Of a stretch of 64,000 bases of DNA, positions 49,096 through 58,322 are shown piece after piece. The position numbers and the translations under genes are program-made. The notes beneath the pieces were generated by a model that was not told where the DNA came from, searched no databases, and worked only from the letters and a program-made list of their open reading frames with translations. How positions within the stretch are numbered: position 1 is the stretch's first letter; the number at the start of each line of letters is the position of its first letter. Origin of the DNA: Planctomycetota bacterium (GTDB taxonomy: Bacteria; Planctomycetota; SZUA-567; H5-PLA8); NCBI GenBank assembly GCA_038227875.1, contig JBBRPR010000005.1, positions 96,001 through 160,000 on the forward strand, read 5' to 3'.

Positions 49096-50103
49096 TTACA
49101 CCGGCAGGAATTGGTCGGCGAGCATCTCGGCGTAGCGCTGGTTGGCTTCGCGGGTGCGGCCAGCGTTGTGCGGGGTGTGGACGACATTGTCGCGGCCGAG
49201 CAGCGGGTCGTTGAGCGGCAGCGGTTCGATGTCGAAAACATCGGCGGCCAACGCGAGTTCGTTGGCCATCACGCGCCGGCGCACGGCGGCCATGTCGCAG
49301 ATGCCCGCGCGGGTCACCATCACGACGAGACAGCCTTTGGGCAGCGCGTTGATGTGGCGCTCGGTGACGATGCCTTTGGTCGAATCCATCAGCGGAACCA
49401 TCGGCACGAAAATCTCAGCGTCCTGGACGAGGCGGTCGAGATGGTGCTCACGCCGCGAGGACGCGCGGTGGAAGCACGGTTCGCTGGCGAACGGATCCCA
49501 CGCCGCGACATCCGCGCCGAAGAAACTGGCGAAGCTGGCGTAACGGCTGGCAATGTTCCCCGCGCCGACAATGCGCACGCGCTTGCCTTCCAGCGTGCCG
49601 TTGGTGAAGCGGCTGTCGTCGCCGTACTGGCCGGCGCGCGCGCCGGGGCGGCCGACGCCGCCGGGCGGAGAATAATCCCACGGCTTCAGGTCGGAGAGAA
49701 TCTGATGGTGCGTCTGCGGAATCCGGCGCAGCGCGCTGAGCGTCAGCGCGAAGCCGAACTCAGAGACCGACTGCCCCCAGAAGCCTTCGGAGGTGTGCTT
49801 GATCAGGCGCACGCCGGCGCTTTTGAAACGCGCCGCCAAGTCTTCATCGACGCGGCCAGCGCAGGCGATTTCTTTCAGCGCCGGCATTTTCGCGAGGCAC
49901 TCTTTGGTGAACGGAACGCCCAGCGACACCAGGCGCGTAAGCGAGGCCGGATCGCGCAGGACTTCGCTGGCGCGGCGCTTGTCACCGGGCTCGACGCGGT
50001 GGAACTCCACTGCGCCCTGCTTCTTCCACAGCTCGTGAAAATGATCGGCTGCGAACGACCAGCTGCTTTCAAATCCACTGTCGACCAGAATGGCGCTCTG
50101 CAT
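49096..50103 (-). CDS. D-isomer-specific 2-hydroxyacid dehydrogenase family protein
   Basis: IVGAGNIA; catalytic R (VTRAG), E (DVFDIEP) and H (TPHNAG). Confidence 0.88.
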   Translation of the reverse strand: MQSAILVDSGFESSWSFAADHFHELWKKQGAVEFHRVEPGDKRRASEVLRDPASLTRLVSLGVPFTKECLAKMPALKEIACAGRVDEDLAARFKSAGVRLIKHTSEGFWGQSVSEFGFALTLSALRRIPQTHHQILSDLKPWDYSPPGGVGRPGARAGQYGDDSRFTNGTLEGKRVRIVGAGNIASRYASFASFFGADVAAWDPFASEPCFHRASSRREHHLDRLVQDAEIFVPMVPLMDSTKGIVTERHINALPKGCLVVMVTRAGICDMAAVRRRVMANELALAADVFDIEPLPLNDPLLGRDNVVHTPHNAGRTREANQRYAEMLADQFLPV

Positions 50104-50109
50104 GGTGTT

Positions 50110-50985
50110 TTAACTCCTGCTGAAGTCGAGCCAGTTGGCGTCGAGGACTGGGGCTGAGGCTGTTCCACAGAAAACGTAAGCACGGTGCTTGTAGACGGCC
50201 TTCTCGCCGGCGCGGATCGTCCAGGCTCCCGCAATGCAGCGGCTGGGCGCGATGCCGAGTTGGCCATCGACGCGCCACGGCACGGGATGCTCGGCGTTGG
50301 CCGGATGATCGAAAATGGCGATGCCCGCTTCCCGGCCGGCGGCGCTGCGGCCTTCGATCGGCATATGGACGGCGACCCACTTGGCGCGCTGCGCTTCCGC
50401 CGCGCCGTTGAGCTGGCCGGCGCTGTTGAGCGCCGTGCCGCCGCGCTCCGGGTGGTACGGCATGCGCAGAAAGAGACCGCCGTAGGAATGCTTGCCGAAG
50501 GTCAGATCGACTTTCGCGGCGAGCGTCCACGTGAGGTCGAGCCAGTAATCGGCGACGTTGTCAGTGAGTTCCCAGCTCTGCGTTTCGACAATCATGTCGT
50601 CGTGCTTCGGGCTACGCCAGAATGTCTCGACGTTCCACGCCGCACGATTGGCGCGCAGCGTCGGCGACTTCAAGGGTTGCGGATGGAATGTGCCGTCGGT
50701 CTTGCTTCCGGTCAGGCCTTCGGTCCAGAAGCCGACGCCGTTGACGTCGTTGAGTCCGACGTAAAGACCGTGCTGCCATTTGTGGTGCGGCGGCGCGTTC
50801 TCGGTGAGCACACCGAGGCCGTCGGGCGCGAAGAGCGGATGGATGTACGGACGTTGATCCTCGGCTGCGTTCTGAATCACCAGCGGTTGTCCGTTGCCGC
50901 GTTGGATGCTGATGCAATCGTGCGTGTGGCGGGCGCTGAGCGCGAAAGCGGGAGTCGTGTGCGGGGTCTGATTCATGTGCTTCAT
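50110..50985 (-). CDS. DUF6807 / PmoA-like beta-sandwich protein
   Basis: RPYIHPL...P.HHKWQHGL...YGGLFLRM...IFDHPAN...WRV. Confidence 0.75.
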   Translation of the reverse strand: MKHMNQTPHTTPAFALSARHTHDCISIQRGNGQPLVIQNAAEDQRPYIHPLFAPDGLGVLTENAPPHHKWQHGLYVGLNDVNGVGFWTEGLTGSKTDGTFHPQPLKSPTLRANRAAWNVETFWRSPKHDDMIVETQSWELTDNVADYWLDLTWTLAAKVDLTFGKHSYGGLFLRMPYHPERGGTALNSAGQLNGAAEAQRAKWVAVHMPIEGRSAAGREAGIAIFDHPANAEHPVPWRVDGQLGIAPSRCIAGAWTIRAGEKAVYKHRAYVFCGTASAPVLDANWLDFSRS

Positions 50986-51171
50986 TCAAACATGTCCGGT
51001 GGGATTCCGCCATTTCAATGCGTTGTACGATTACGCTCTATCTGTTGTACGATATTGACTCTAAGAATCGAACTGTGCGCTGATTCTATGGACAAAAATG
51101 AGAAGTCGCCGTGAATTCGTTGTACGAAATGGACTCTGCATTGTACTATTTTTGTCGACTAATGGAGAGCC

Positions 51172-52128
51172 GTGATGCGCTCGTCGCCTGAAACCGTGGT
51201 CTGTTACGACGTGAATTCCAGTGCGCCGCTGCGCTGTACGTCCTGCGGCGTGCGCGATCCGCAGGGACCGTTCGCGCAGCCGCGGCGCATCCTTCCCGAC
51301 TTCGTCGCATTCCTGGTGGTGCGTGGCGAGATTTTTCTGACCGATTTCATGCCCAACGGCGACGAATCGGTGCGCGTGGGGCCCGGCGAAATTCACATCA
51401 TCGCGCCGGGACTGCCTCAGGCCAGCACCGTGCCCTTCGCCGCGGGGATCAAATTTCTCTGGTTCCATTTCAACTTCAACACCGAGTACCGGCTCTGCGT
51501 GCGCCACGAGGCCGCCGCGATCGTCAATTCTTTCCACGCGCCGAATTCCGAAGCCAAGTCCGCGCCCACTTCCGCACGCCGGCCGCAGCGGAGCTGGCTG
51601 ATTCCCCGCCACTTGGCGCTGGGGCAGGATCTCCACGCGCTGACGGCGATGCACTCCGAACTCGACGACAACATCAAGCTCTGGGGCGTCGACGATCCCG
51701 GCAGCCGCGACATCTGCGCACACATGGTCTATGCGCTGCACCGCTGTTTCGCGCAGGAGATCCTGCGCAGCAACAGCCTTGGCCGCACCGCGCCGGAGCT
51801 CGCGCACGTCGGCCGGGCGCGCAACTTTATCCGCCTGAATTTCGCGAAGCAGATTTCGCTGGCCGAAGTCGCCGACGCGCTTTCGCTCAATCCGTCCTAC
51901 CTGAGCCGCTGTTTCAAGCGCGTGACCGGCGAGACGGTCGTGGAATTTCTGATGAAGACGCGCATCGACGCCGCGAAGTCGCTGCTGACCACGGGCGACC
52001 ACGTCCCGCCGATCAAGGAAGTCGCGTACACAAGCGGGTTCAACTCCGCCGCGTACTTTTGCCGCGTCTTCCGGCGCTGCGAACGGACGACGCCGCTGGA
52101 TTTTGCGAAAGCCGTGCGGCCGGACTGA
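51172..52128 (+). CDS. AraC-family transcriptional regulator
   Basis: C-terminal ISLAEVADALSLNPSYLSRCFK...IKEVAYTSGFNSAAYFCRVF; divergent from the DUF6807 operon. Confidence 0.92.
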   Translation: MMRSSPETVVCYDVNSSAPLRCTSCGVRDPQGPFAQPRRILPDFVAFLVVRGEIFLTDFMPNGDESVRVGPGEIHIIAPGLPQASTVPFAAGIKFLWFHFNFNTEYRLCVRHEAAAIVNSFHAPNSEAKSAPTSARRPQRSWLIPRHLALGQDLHALTAMHSELDDNIKLWGVDDPGSRDICAHMVYALHRCFAQEILRSNSLGRTAPELAHVGRARNFIRLNFAKQISLAEVADALSLNPSYLSRCFKRVTGETVVEFLMKTRIDAAKSLLTTGDHVPPIKEVAYTSGFNSAAYFCRVFRRCERTTPLDFAKAVRPD

Positions 52129-52295
52129 CATGCGAATCCCGTCGCATCGCGCGACTCGTATCCATCCGTTCACAGTCGAATATTAACCGCCGGTGCCGAG
52201 TGGCCCCGACTTTGCAACTCTGCCATCCTAAAGTTCCAAGCTGTAAATTTTGCCGATGGCAGTGCACGCAAAATCGATGGGGGAGACTACTGGTT

Positions 52296-55200
52296 ATGGA
52301 CACGAACACCGTTGGCTATTGGCTGCACGAACCGGGTAAGTTAAGCCGGGGCGCAGTGTTAGACGTCGGGCTGAAGTGCATGCATTCGTGCAAATTCTGT
52401 TACTACAGCTACCTCGACAAGTCCGCCGACCAGTTCGGCGGGATGCGCAAGGCCGACTTCCGGACCGTCGACCAGTGTAAGCAGATTTTGCAGTCGCTGA
52501 AGGCACAAGGCTTTAAAAATTTCGACTACACCGGCGGCGAGCCGGCGCTCCATCCGGACATCATTGAGTTGACCCGCTTTGCTCATAACGACCTCGGGTT
52601 GGTCGGACGCATGATCACGCTCGGGCAGTACCTGATGCGCAAGATGCCCAACTGCCAGTCGCCACGGCTGATCGATGATTTGCTGGGCGCGGGCATCGTC
52701 AATTTCCTCTTTTCGCTGCATGCCGTGGAGGAGGAGTTGTTTCACCGCATCAGCGGCGAGTCGTTCGAAAAATTGCGCTCCGCCATGGAGTATCTCGACA
52801 GCAAAAACTTTCAGTACACGACAAATACGACGGTTTTTGAATGGAATTACCGCCACCTGCCCGACATCGCGCGGGAAGTGGTGAAGCACAACATTTACTT
52901 CCACAATTTCATCATCATGAATGCCTACCATGAATGGAACAAGGACGGCCGCGCGTACGGCGTGCGCGCGAAGTACGCGGACATTCATCCGTACCTGCAG
53001 GAAGCGGTGAACATTCTGGAGAGCGCGAAAGTCGGCGTGAACATTCGCTACGCGCCGCTGTGCGCGGTGAAGGGCATGGAGCGGAATCTCGTCGGCGTCG
53101 TGGGCGTGCGTTACGATCCGTATGAATGGATGAACGTCGGCGGGCACACGGGCGGACCGCCGGAACTGTGCGCCTCGCAGATTCCGATTCAGCAGGGCGG
53201 CGTGGAAGCGTACGTGGCGTACCGGCCAGAGACGGCGAAGCTGCCGAACGGATTGCAACTGTCCGGCGTGCGCGGGAATTTCTTCAAGTGCTTTCCCGAG
53301 AACTGCAAGAGCTGCGCGTCGCGGGATGCGTGCGACGGCATCGATCATCAGTACCTGGGCGCGATGGATCCGGCGGAGTTCAAACCGTACCGCACCGGCG
53401 GCGGCTTTCCGCTGCACCCGGCGCGGCTGGCGTACAAGCCGGCGTACGTTGTGAAGTCGGCGCAATTCACGGATATGAAAACGCTGATCGCCGACGCGTT
53501 CGAGCAGATGAACAACCCGGCGCTGGCGAAGACGGCTGCGAGCGCGACGGAGCTGGTGCGTTGGAAGGAAGGCGACATCACGTTGTTGCGTACGCCGGAG
53601 TTTGCCAATCGCGAGCGCGTGAAAGTGTCGGTGATCATTCCCTGCTACAACTACGCGCGATTTCTGCCCGACGCAGTGGGCAGCGTGCTGCGGCAGACGT
53701 TCGACGATTACGAGATCATCATCGTCAACGATGGGAGCACGGATCATTCGAAGGAACTCGCGGTGAAATTGCTGAGCGAGAATCCGGCGCGGCCGATGCT
53801 GCTGATCGACCAGCCCAACGCGGGGCAGCCGGCGATTTCGCGCAACAACGGCATCCGCCGCGCGCGCGGTGAATACATTTTGTGCCTCGACGCCGACGAC
53901 CTGATCGAACCGACGATGCTTTCGGAATGTGCGGCGGCACTGGACGCGAATAAGAATGTGGGCGTCGCGTACACGGACCGCTGCGATTTCAACAACGACA
54001 ACCCGTCGGATCAGAAAATCTACAAGGCCGAGCCCTATAACCTGCACCGGCTGCGGACGGCGTGCCACATCTGGTGCTGTTCGATGTTCCGCAAGACGGC
54101 GTGGGAGAAAGTCGGCGGCTACCGCACGAATGTGCGAGGGATGGAGGACTGGGATTTCTGGATCGCCTGCGGCGCGAAGGGTGTTTACGGGCACTACATT
54201 CCAAAACCGCTCTTCGATTACCGTCTGCACGGCGAGAGCCTGTTCACGGAAGTGAAGAAGAATTTCCAGGCGAAGATGGCGCAGGTGTTCCTGAACAATG
54301 CGGAACTGTACACGCCGGAAGAACTGGCCTGGGCGCGCGGTCTGCTGGGGCAGGCGGCGCCGGCTCCCTCGACGTCGCCGAGCTTCGATCCGAAGACGTC
54401 GACGGTGCTGCTCTTCACCGACGATCCGACGACGTACGGCACGGCGCAGTACAACCACATGCTGCTGTGCGAACTGCACAAGCATTGGGGAAAAGTGGTC
54501 TGCGTGCAGAGCCGCGCGGAAAATACAATGGTGAAAGAGCGCGTGGCGCTGGGGATTGAACATCAATTCCTGGAGTACGACACGGTCAACAATTTCTCGA
54601 AGACGGTGACCGATACCGAGACGGCACAGCGCATTTTCTCAGCGGTGAAGCCGGCGTTGATCATCTTCAGCGACTGCTGTCCGTTCTCGAGCTTCGCCGG
54701 AAAGCACACGGCGATGGCGATGAAGATTCCGATCGTCACCGTTGTGCACTGCACCGCGCCGTACCTCGCCAAGAATCTGCCGCAGCTGCTGGAGCCGCTG
54801 AAAGTTCAGTATGCGTATGCGCGGAGCGTGATCACGGTTTCCAACGCGAGCTTGAAACTGCTGCATCAGCATTACGGATTGGCGGCGAACAAAGGTGTCG
54901 CGATTTACAACGGGCGTCCGCATCGCTACTTTGCGGCGATTGATCTGGCGGCGCGCGAGAATCTGCGGAAGGCGCATGGGATTCCCGATCAGGCGGTCGT
55001 CTGCCTGACCACGGCGCGGCTGGAAAAAGCGAAGGGTTATCAACATCTGCTGCCGGTGATGGAGCGACTGAAGACGGAGAAGGACTGGTCGAAGCTCTAC
55101 TTCGTCTGGGCCGGCAAGGGGCCGCTGGAGGAGATTCTGCGGCGCGAATTGAAGGCGCGCGGCGTGCTCGACCATGTGCGCATGATCGGTGAGTGCGAGA

Positions 55201-57479
55201 ACGTGCCGGAATGGCTGTCGGCGTCGGACATCTTGATTCATCCGTCGCATTTCGAGACGATTTCGCTATCGGTGCTGGAAGCGATGGCGCGCGGACTGGC
55301 GGTGGCGGCATCGAGCGTCGGGGGAGTGCCGGAGGCGCTGGGCAGCACGGGCAAGTTGCTGGCGGACCCCACGCAGGACGAAGGCAAATTCACGCTCGAA
55401 CTGACCGAGACGCTGCTGAGCTGGACGCGTGACGCGAAGCTGCGCATGGAGACGGGCGCGCAGAGCCGCAAGCGCGCGGTCGAGATGTTTACCGAGCAGC
55501 GGATGCTGCGCGACACGCTGGCGGTGCTGGACGCGGCGCTGAAAAATCCCGCAGCGAAGGCACCTGACACGGCGAAGCCGACGGGGATGAGCGACGCGAC
55601 GGCGAAAGCGACCAGTGAGATTGAACAGGCGCGGAGCACGTGGCAGTCGTGCCGCAACTTTGCGAAGATGTGGGAGACGGCCCCGCCGGAAAAACTGCAG
55701 GAGATGTTCCAGGGCAACCACGGCGACATCTTCCGGCGCATCCAGGGGTCGGGTATCAAGAACATGCCGCTGGACGCAACCGACCGCATGACGCTGACGC
55801 GGCTGTCGGCGGAGATCGCAACCAACCCGCGCCATCCGACGGTGATCGGAAAATTGATCGCGTGCATGCTGCTGGGCCAGCCTCATCACATGAATGTGCC
55901 GTGCGAGATCTTCCCGATTCCCGACTGGCTGATCGACGATTTCACGCGCCATCTGTTTCCGCGCGATTATCCGTTCTACGACGTGGGCGAGGCGGATGCG
56001 TACCGAAATTGCATCACGCGCTGGGTGGATTATTTCCACGAGAAGATCAACGCCGAATCGAGCCTCTATTGGCGGAAAGTCGCGCTGCATTTCAAATTCA
56101 TCAACTCGTTCATGCGGCTGTATTTCACGGCGGCGAACCTGAAGTCGCTGTCGGTCAAGATGGCGGCGATCTGCGAACAGGCGATGCGCTACGAAGGCTG
56201 CGCCATTGACTGGACGCCGCCGAAGCCTGAACCCGGTGCGCGATTGCGGCTGGGTATCGTCTGCCAGGACTTCGGGCCGCGCACGGAGACGTTCACGACG
56301 CTGCCGTGCTTCGAGCACCTCGATCGCTCGAAATTCGAGATCTTCGCGTACGCCGTCGGCACCGGCGAGTGGGAGACGGAGAAGCGGGTCAGATCCCTAG
56401 TCGACCATTTCACCGTGCTGCCAAAAGTCGAACGCGAGCAGGTCAGCTCGATCCGCAACGACAATCTCGATTGCCTGATCATCGGCACGAATTGTTCGGC
56501 AGTGCTGAACACGCCGCGATTCCTGGCGTTCCATCGGCTGGCGCGCGTGCAGGTCGTGAATAACTCGACGCCGGTGAGCACGGGCATCCGCAACGTGGAC
56601 TATTATCTGTCCGGCACGCTGAACGAACCGGAAAAGGGCGCGGACGATCATTACAGCGAGAAGTTGCTGAAGCTTGAAGGCCCCGTCCACTGCTTCAATT
56701 ACACGGCCGATACGGGCGCGCCGACCGTGGCGTTGACGCGCGCGATGCTGGGCGGCGGCAACGGGGAAACGCTGTTTGTCTCGGGCGCGAACTTCTACAA
56801 GATCGTGCCGGAGATCCGCCACACGTGGGCGCGGATCCTGGCGGCGGTGCCGAATTCGAAGCTGGTGCTCTATCCGTTTAATCTGAATTGGGCGAATGCG
56901 TACCCAACGTCGGTATTCGTCGACGCGGTGCGCGCGGTCTTCGCGAAGTACGGCGTCGACGGCGGGAGGAGGCTAACGATCTGCAACACGCTGCCGGCGC
57001 GCGCGGACATTCACAGTCTGCTGAAGAATTGCGACGTGTACCTGGATTCGTATCCGTTCACGGGCGTTAATTCGACGTTCGACCCGCTGAGCGTCAACGT
57101 GCCGCCGGTGGTGCGGCGCGGCGAAAATTTCCGCTCGATGATGGCCTCGTCGCTGTTGCGCGACCTGAATCTGCCGGAACTGGTCGCGGACACGGAAGAG
57201 GACTACATCCGCCTGGCCGTCGAGTTGGGCTCGCAGCCGGAGCGTCGCGAAATGCTGCGCACCAGGATCCAAGCCAGCTTCTCAGCTTCGCCGCGTTTCC
57301 TCGATACGGTGCAATACGGCCAGCAGATGAACGAGCTGCTGCAGCGAATCTGCACGGAAACGGGAGCTCCTCCGGGGATCGCGGTGACGCCGGGCAGTTA
57401 CAAAGTCATTGGACCGAATGCCCCCTGCCCGTGTTCCAGCGGCCGGAAGTATAAACGCTGTTGCGGCGCATCGGTTTGA
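52296..57479 (+). CDS. Radical SAM / GT2 / GT4 / GT41(OGT-SPINDLY/HMW1C-like) / SEC-C fusion protein
   Basis: One ORF of about 1727 aa from ATG 52296 (GGGGAG RBS). Contains CMHSCKFC and TGGEP; a Cys cluster CKSCASRDACDG; VSVIIPCYN and LDADD; ARLEKAKG and ETISLSVLEAMARG (Ex7E); RLGIV...HLDRSKFE, LARVQV, DVYLDSYPF; and CPCSSGRKYKRCCG. Confidence 0.85.
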   Translation: MDTNTVGYWLHEPGKLSRGAVLDVGLKCMHSCKFCYYSYLDKSADQFGGMRKADFRTVDQCKQILQSLKAQGFKNFDYTGGEPALHPDIIELTRFAHNDLGLVGRMITLGQYLMRKMPNCQSPRLIDDLLGAGIVNFLFSLHAVEEELFHRISGESFEKLRSAMEYLDSKNFQYTTNTTVFEWNYRHLPDIAREVVKHNIYFHNFIIMNAYHEWNKDGRAYGVRAKYADIHPYLQEAVNILESAKVGVNIRYAPLCAVKGMERNLVGVVGVRYDPYEWMNVGGHTGGPPELCASQIPIQQGGVEAYVAYRPETAKLPNGLQLSGVRGNFFKCFPENCKSCASRDACDGIDHQYLGAMDPAEFKPYRTGGGFPLHPARLAYKPAYVVKSAQFTDMKTLIADAFEQMNNPALAKTAASATELVRWKEGDITLLRTPEFANRERVKVSVIIPCYNYARFLPDAVGSVLRQTFDDYEIIIVNDGSTDHSKELAVKLLSENPARPMLLIDQPNAGQPAISRNNGIRRARGEYILCLDADDLIEPTMLSECAAALDANKNVGVAYTDRCDFNNDNPSDQKIYKAEPYNLHRLRTACHIWCCSMFRKTAWEKVGGYRTNVRGMEDWDFWIACGAKGVYGHYIPKPLFDYRLHGESLFTEVKKNFQAKMAQVFLNNAELYTPEELAWARGLLGQAAPAPSTSPSFDPKTSTVLLFTDDPTTYGTAQYNHMLLCELHKHWGKVVCVQSRAENTMVKERVALGIEHQFLEYDTVNNFSKTVTDTETAQRIFSAVKPALIIFSDCCPFSSFAGKHTAMAMKIPIVTVVHCTAPYLAKNLPQLLEPLKVQYAYARSVITVSNASLKLLHQHYGLAANKGVAIYNGRPHRYFAAIDLAARENLRKAHGIPDQAVVCLTTARLEKAKGYQHLLPVMERLKTEKDWSKLYFVWAGKGPLEEILRRELKARGVLDHVRMIGECENVPEWLSASDILIHPSHFETISLSVLEAMARGLAVAASSVGGVPEALGSTGKLLADPTQDEGKFTLELTETLLSWTRDAKLRMETGAQSRKRAVEMFTEQRMLRDTLAVLDAALKNPAAKAPDTAKPTGMSDATAKATSEIEQARSTWQSCRNFAKMWETAPPEKLQEMFQGNHGDIFRRIQGSGIKNMPLDATDRMTLTRLSAEIATNPRHPTVIGKLIACMLLGQPHHMNVPCEIFPIPDWLIDDFTRHLFPRDYPFYDVGEADAYRNCITRWVDYFHEKINAESSLYWRKVALHFKFINSFMRLYFTAANLKSLSVKMAAICEQAMRYEGCAIDWTPPKPEPGARLRLGIVCQDFGPRTETFTTLPCFEHLDRSKFEIFAYAVGTGEWETEKRVRSLVDHFTVLPKVEREQVSSIRNDNLDCLIIGTNCSAVLNTPRFLAFHRLARVQVVNNSTPVSTGIRNVDYYLSGTLNEPEKGADDHYSEKLLKLEGPVHCFNYTADTGAPTVALTRAMLGGGNGETLFVSGANFYKIVPEIRHTWARILAAVPNSKLVLYPFNLNWANAYPTSVFVDAVRAVFAKYGVDGGRRLTICNTLPARADIHSLLKNCDVYLDSYPFTGVNSTFDPLSVNVPPVVRRGENFRSMMASSLLRDLNLPELVADTEEDYIRLAVELGSQPERREMLRTRIQASFSASPRFLDTVQYGQQMNELLQRICTETGAPPGIAVTPGSYKVIGPNAPCPCSSGRKYKRCCGASV

Positions 57480-57508
57480 CCGGGCCATTCAAGATTCAAA
57501 AAGGCACG

Positions 57509-57530
57509 CGGTAGAGGGACCTCTCTACCG
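57509..57530. terminator. Hairpin between convergent genes (terminator or REP-like)
   Basis: CGGTAGAG-GGACCT-CTCTACCG. Confidence 0.5.
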
Positions 57531-57660
57531 TGTTGCGTAATTGGCGAGTTCTGCGTATTGTCCGTTTGTATTATTTTGGTTGGAAGTTTCAGCGCAGGTA
57601 TACGAATTATCAACTTTGGGAATATTATCAATATTGAGAATAATAAATTCGGGAGACCAA

Positions 57661-58098
57661 TTAATGCCAATATATTGTTTCGTCGCGCTCTTTAAAGTGG
57701 AGCAGTGAGTGCAGGATACGATTGAGTACTTCACAAATAATTAAGCCTAAAACCAGAGCGCTCGCCAGTGCTGCGCCGTTGAGCAGGGCGTGATGCGCGT
57801 CGAAGTTGAGCGGGACTGAGGTCTCTTCGACGACTTCGGTGTCCGAATGTCCGATGTTCTTTCCGCGGCTGTCGAAGAAGCCTTCGCCAGGCTCGTACCG
57901 GAATTTGGTCGCACCGGTCATCATGGCGTAGGGCCAGCCACGCTCGGATTTGACGTCGCCGACGCCGCTATTGCCGCGCATTACGATGAACGTATATTGT
58001 TGGCAATTTGCGACAATAAAGCAGAGCGACAGGACGCCGAGAATTATCCCGGTTGAGGTGTGGAGTTGATACCAGCGGTCTTTTCTCTCGTCGCCCAT
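57661..58098 (-). CDS. Hypothetical membrane protein (QLHxST...GWP family, paralog-like to 63247-63780)
   Basis: RWYQLHTSTGIILGVL...ERGWP...C-terminal TM. Start taken at ATG 58098. Confidence 0.6.
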   Translation of the reverse strand: MGDERKDRWYQLHTSTGIILGVLSLCFIVANCQQYTFIVMRGNSGVGDVKSERGWPYAMMTGATKFRYEPGEGFFDSRGKNIGHSDTEVVEETSVPLNFDAHHALLNGAALASALVLGLIICEVLNRILHSLLHFKERDETIYWH

Positions 58099-58322
58099 AG
58101 CGAAATATCTATTCGCAATTAACAAACCAATTTACGAAGAAACAAAATGCAACAAATTTCCGAATCGGAAGGTTATTTCCGAGACTCAGATTGCAGTTTG
58201 CAACCCCGCAGTTTCGTCTGGCAGTTTCGGCCAAATAAAAGGGACTGCTGGATAGTCGCTCGATTTTGAGATATAAAGAGTAGTGACGGTGGCAGGTTGC
58301 AATTAACTCCTGAGGGAGCGCG

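Noticed and set aside
50110..50985. Methane monooxygenase interpretation of the 'PmoA-like' family label
   Set aside because: The protein is soluble and beta-rich with no TM helices, and there are no pmoB/pmoC neighbours.
52059..52295. 79-aa N-terminal extension of the radical SAM fusion in the ORF track
   Set aside because: It overlaps the AraC 3' end. ATG 52296 has a clear RBS and sits just before the radical SAM domain.
57398..57734. Short AT-rich ORFs 57398-57670 and 57525-57734
   Set aside because: They overlap supported genes and have no motif or clear RBS; they may be an eroded remnant but cannot be supported.
58100..58322. Possible riboswitch upstream of the DUF1275 gene
   Set aside because: Only short palindromes (for example TTCCGA-A-TCGGAA); no riboswitch consensus recognised. 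An Rfam scan would be needed.
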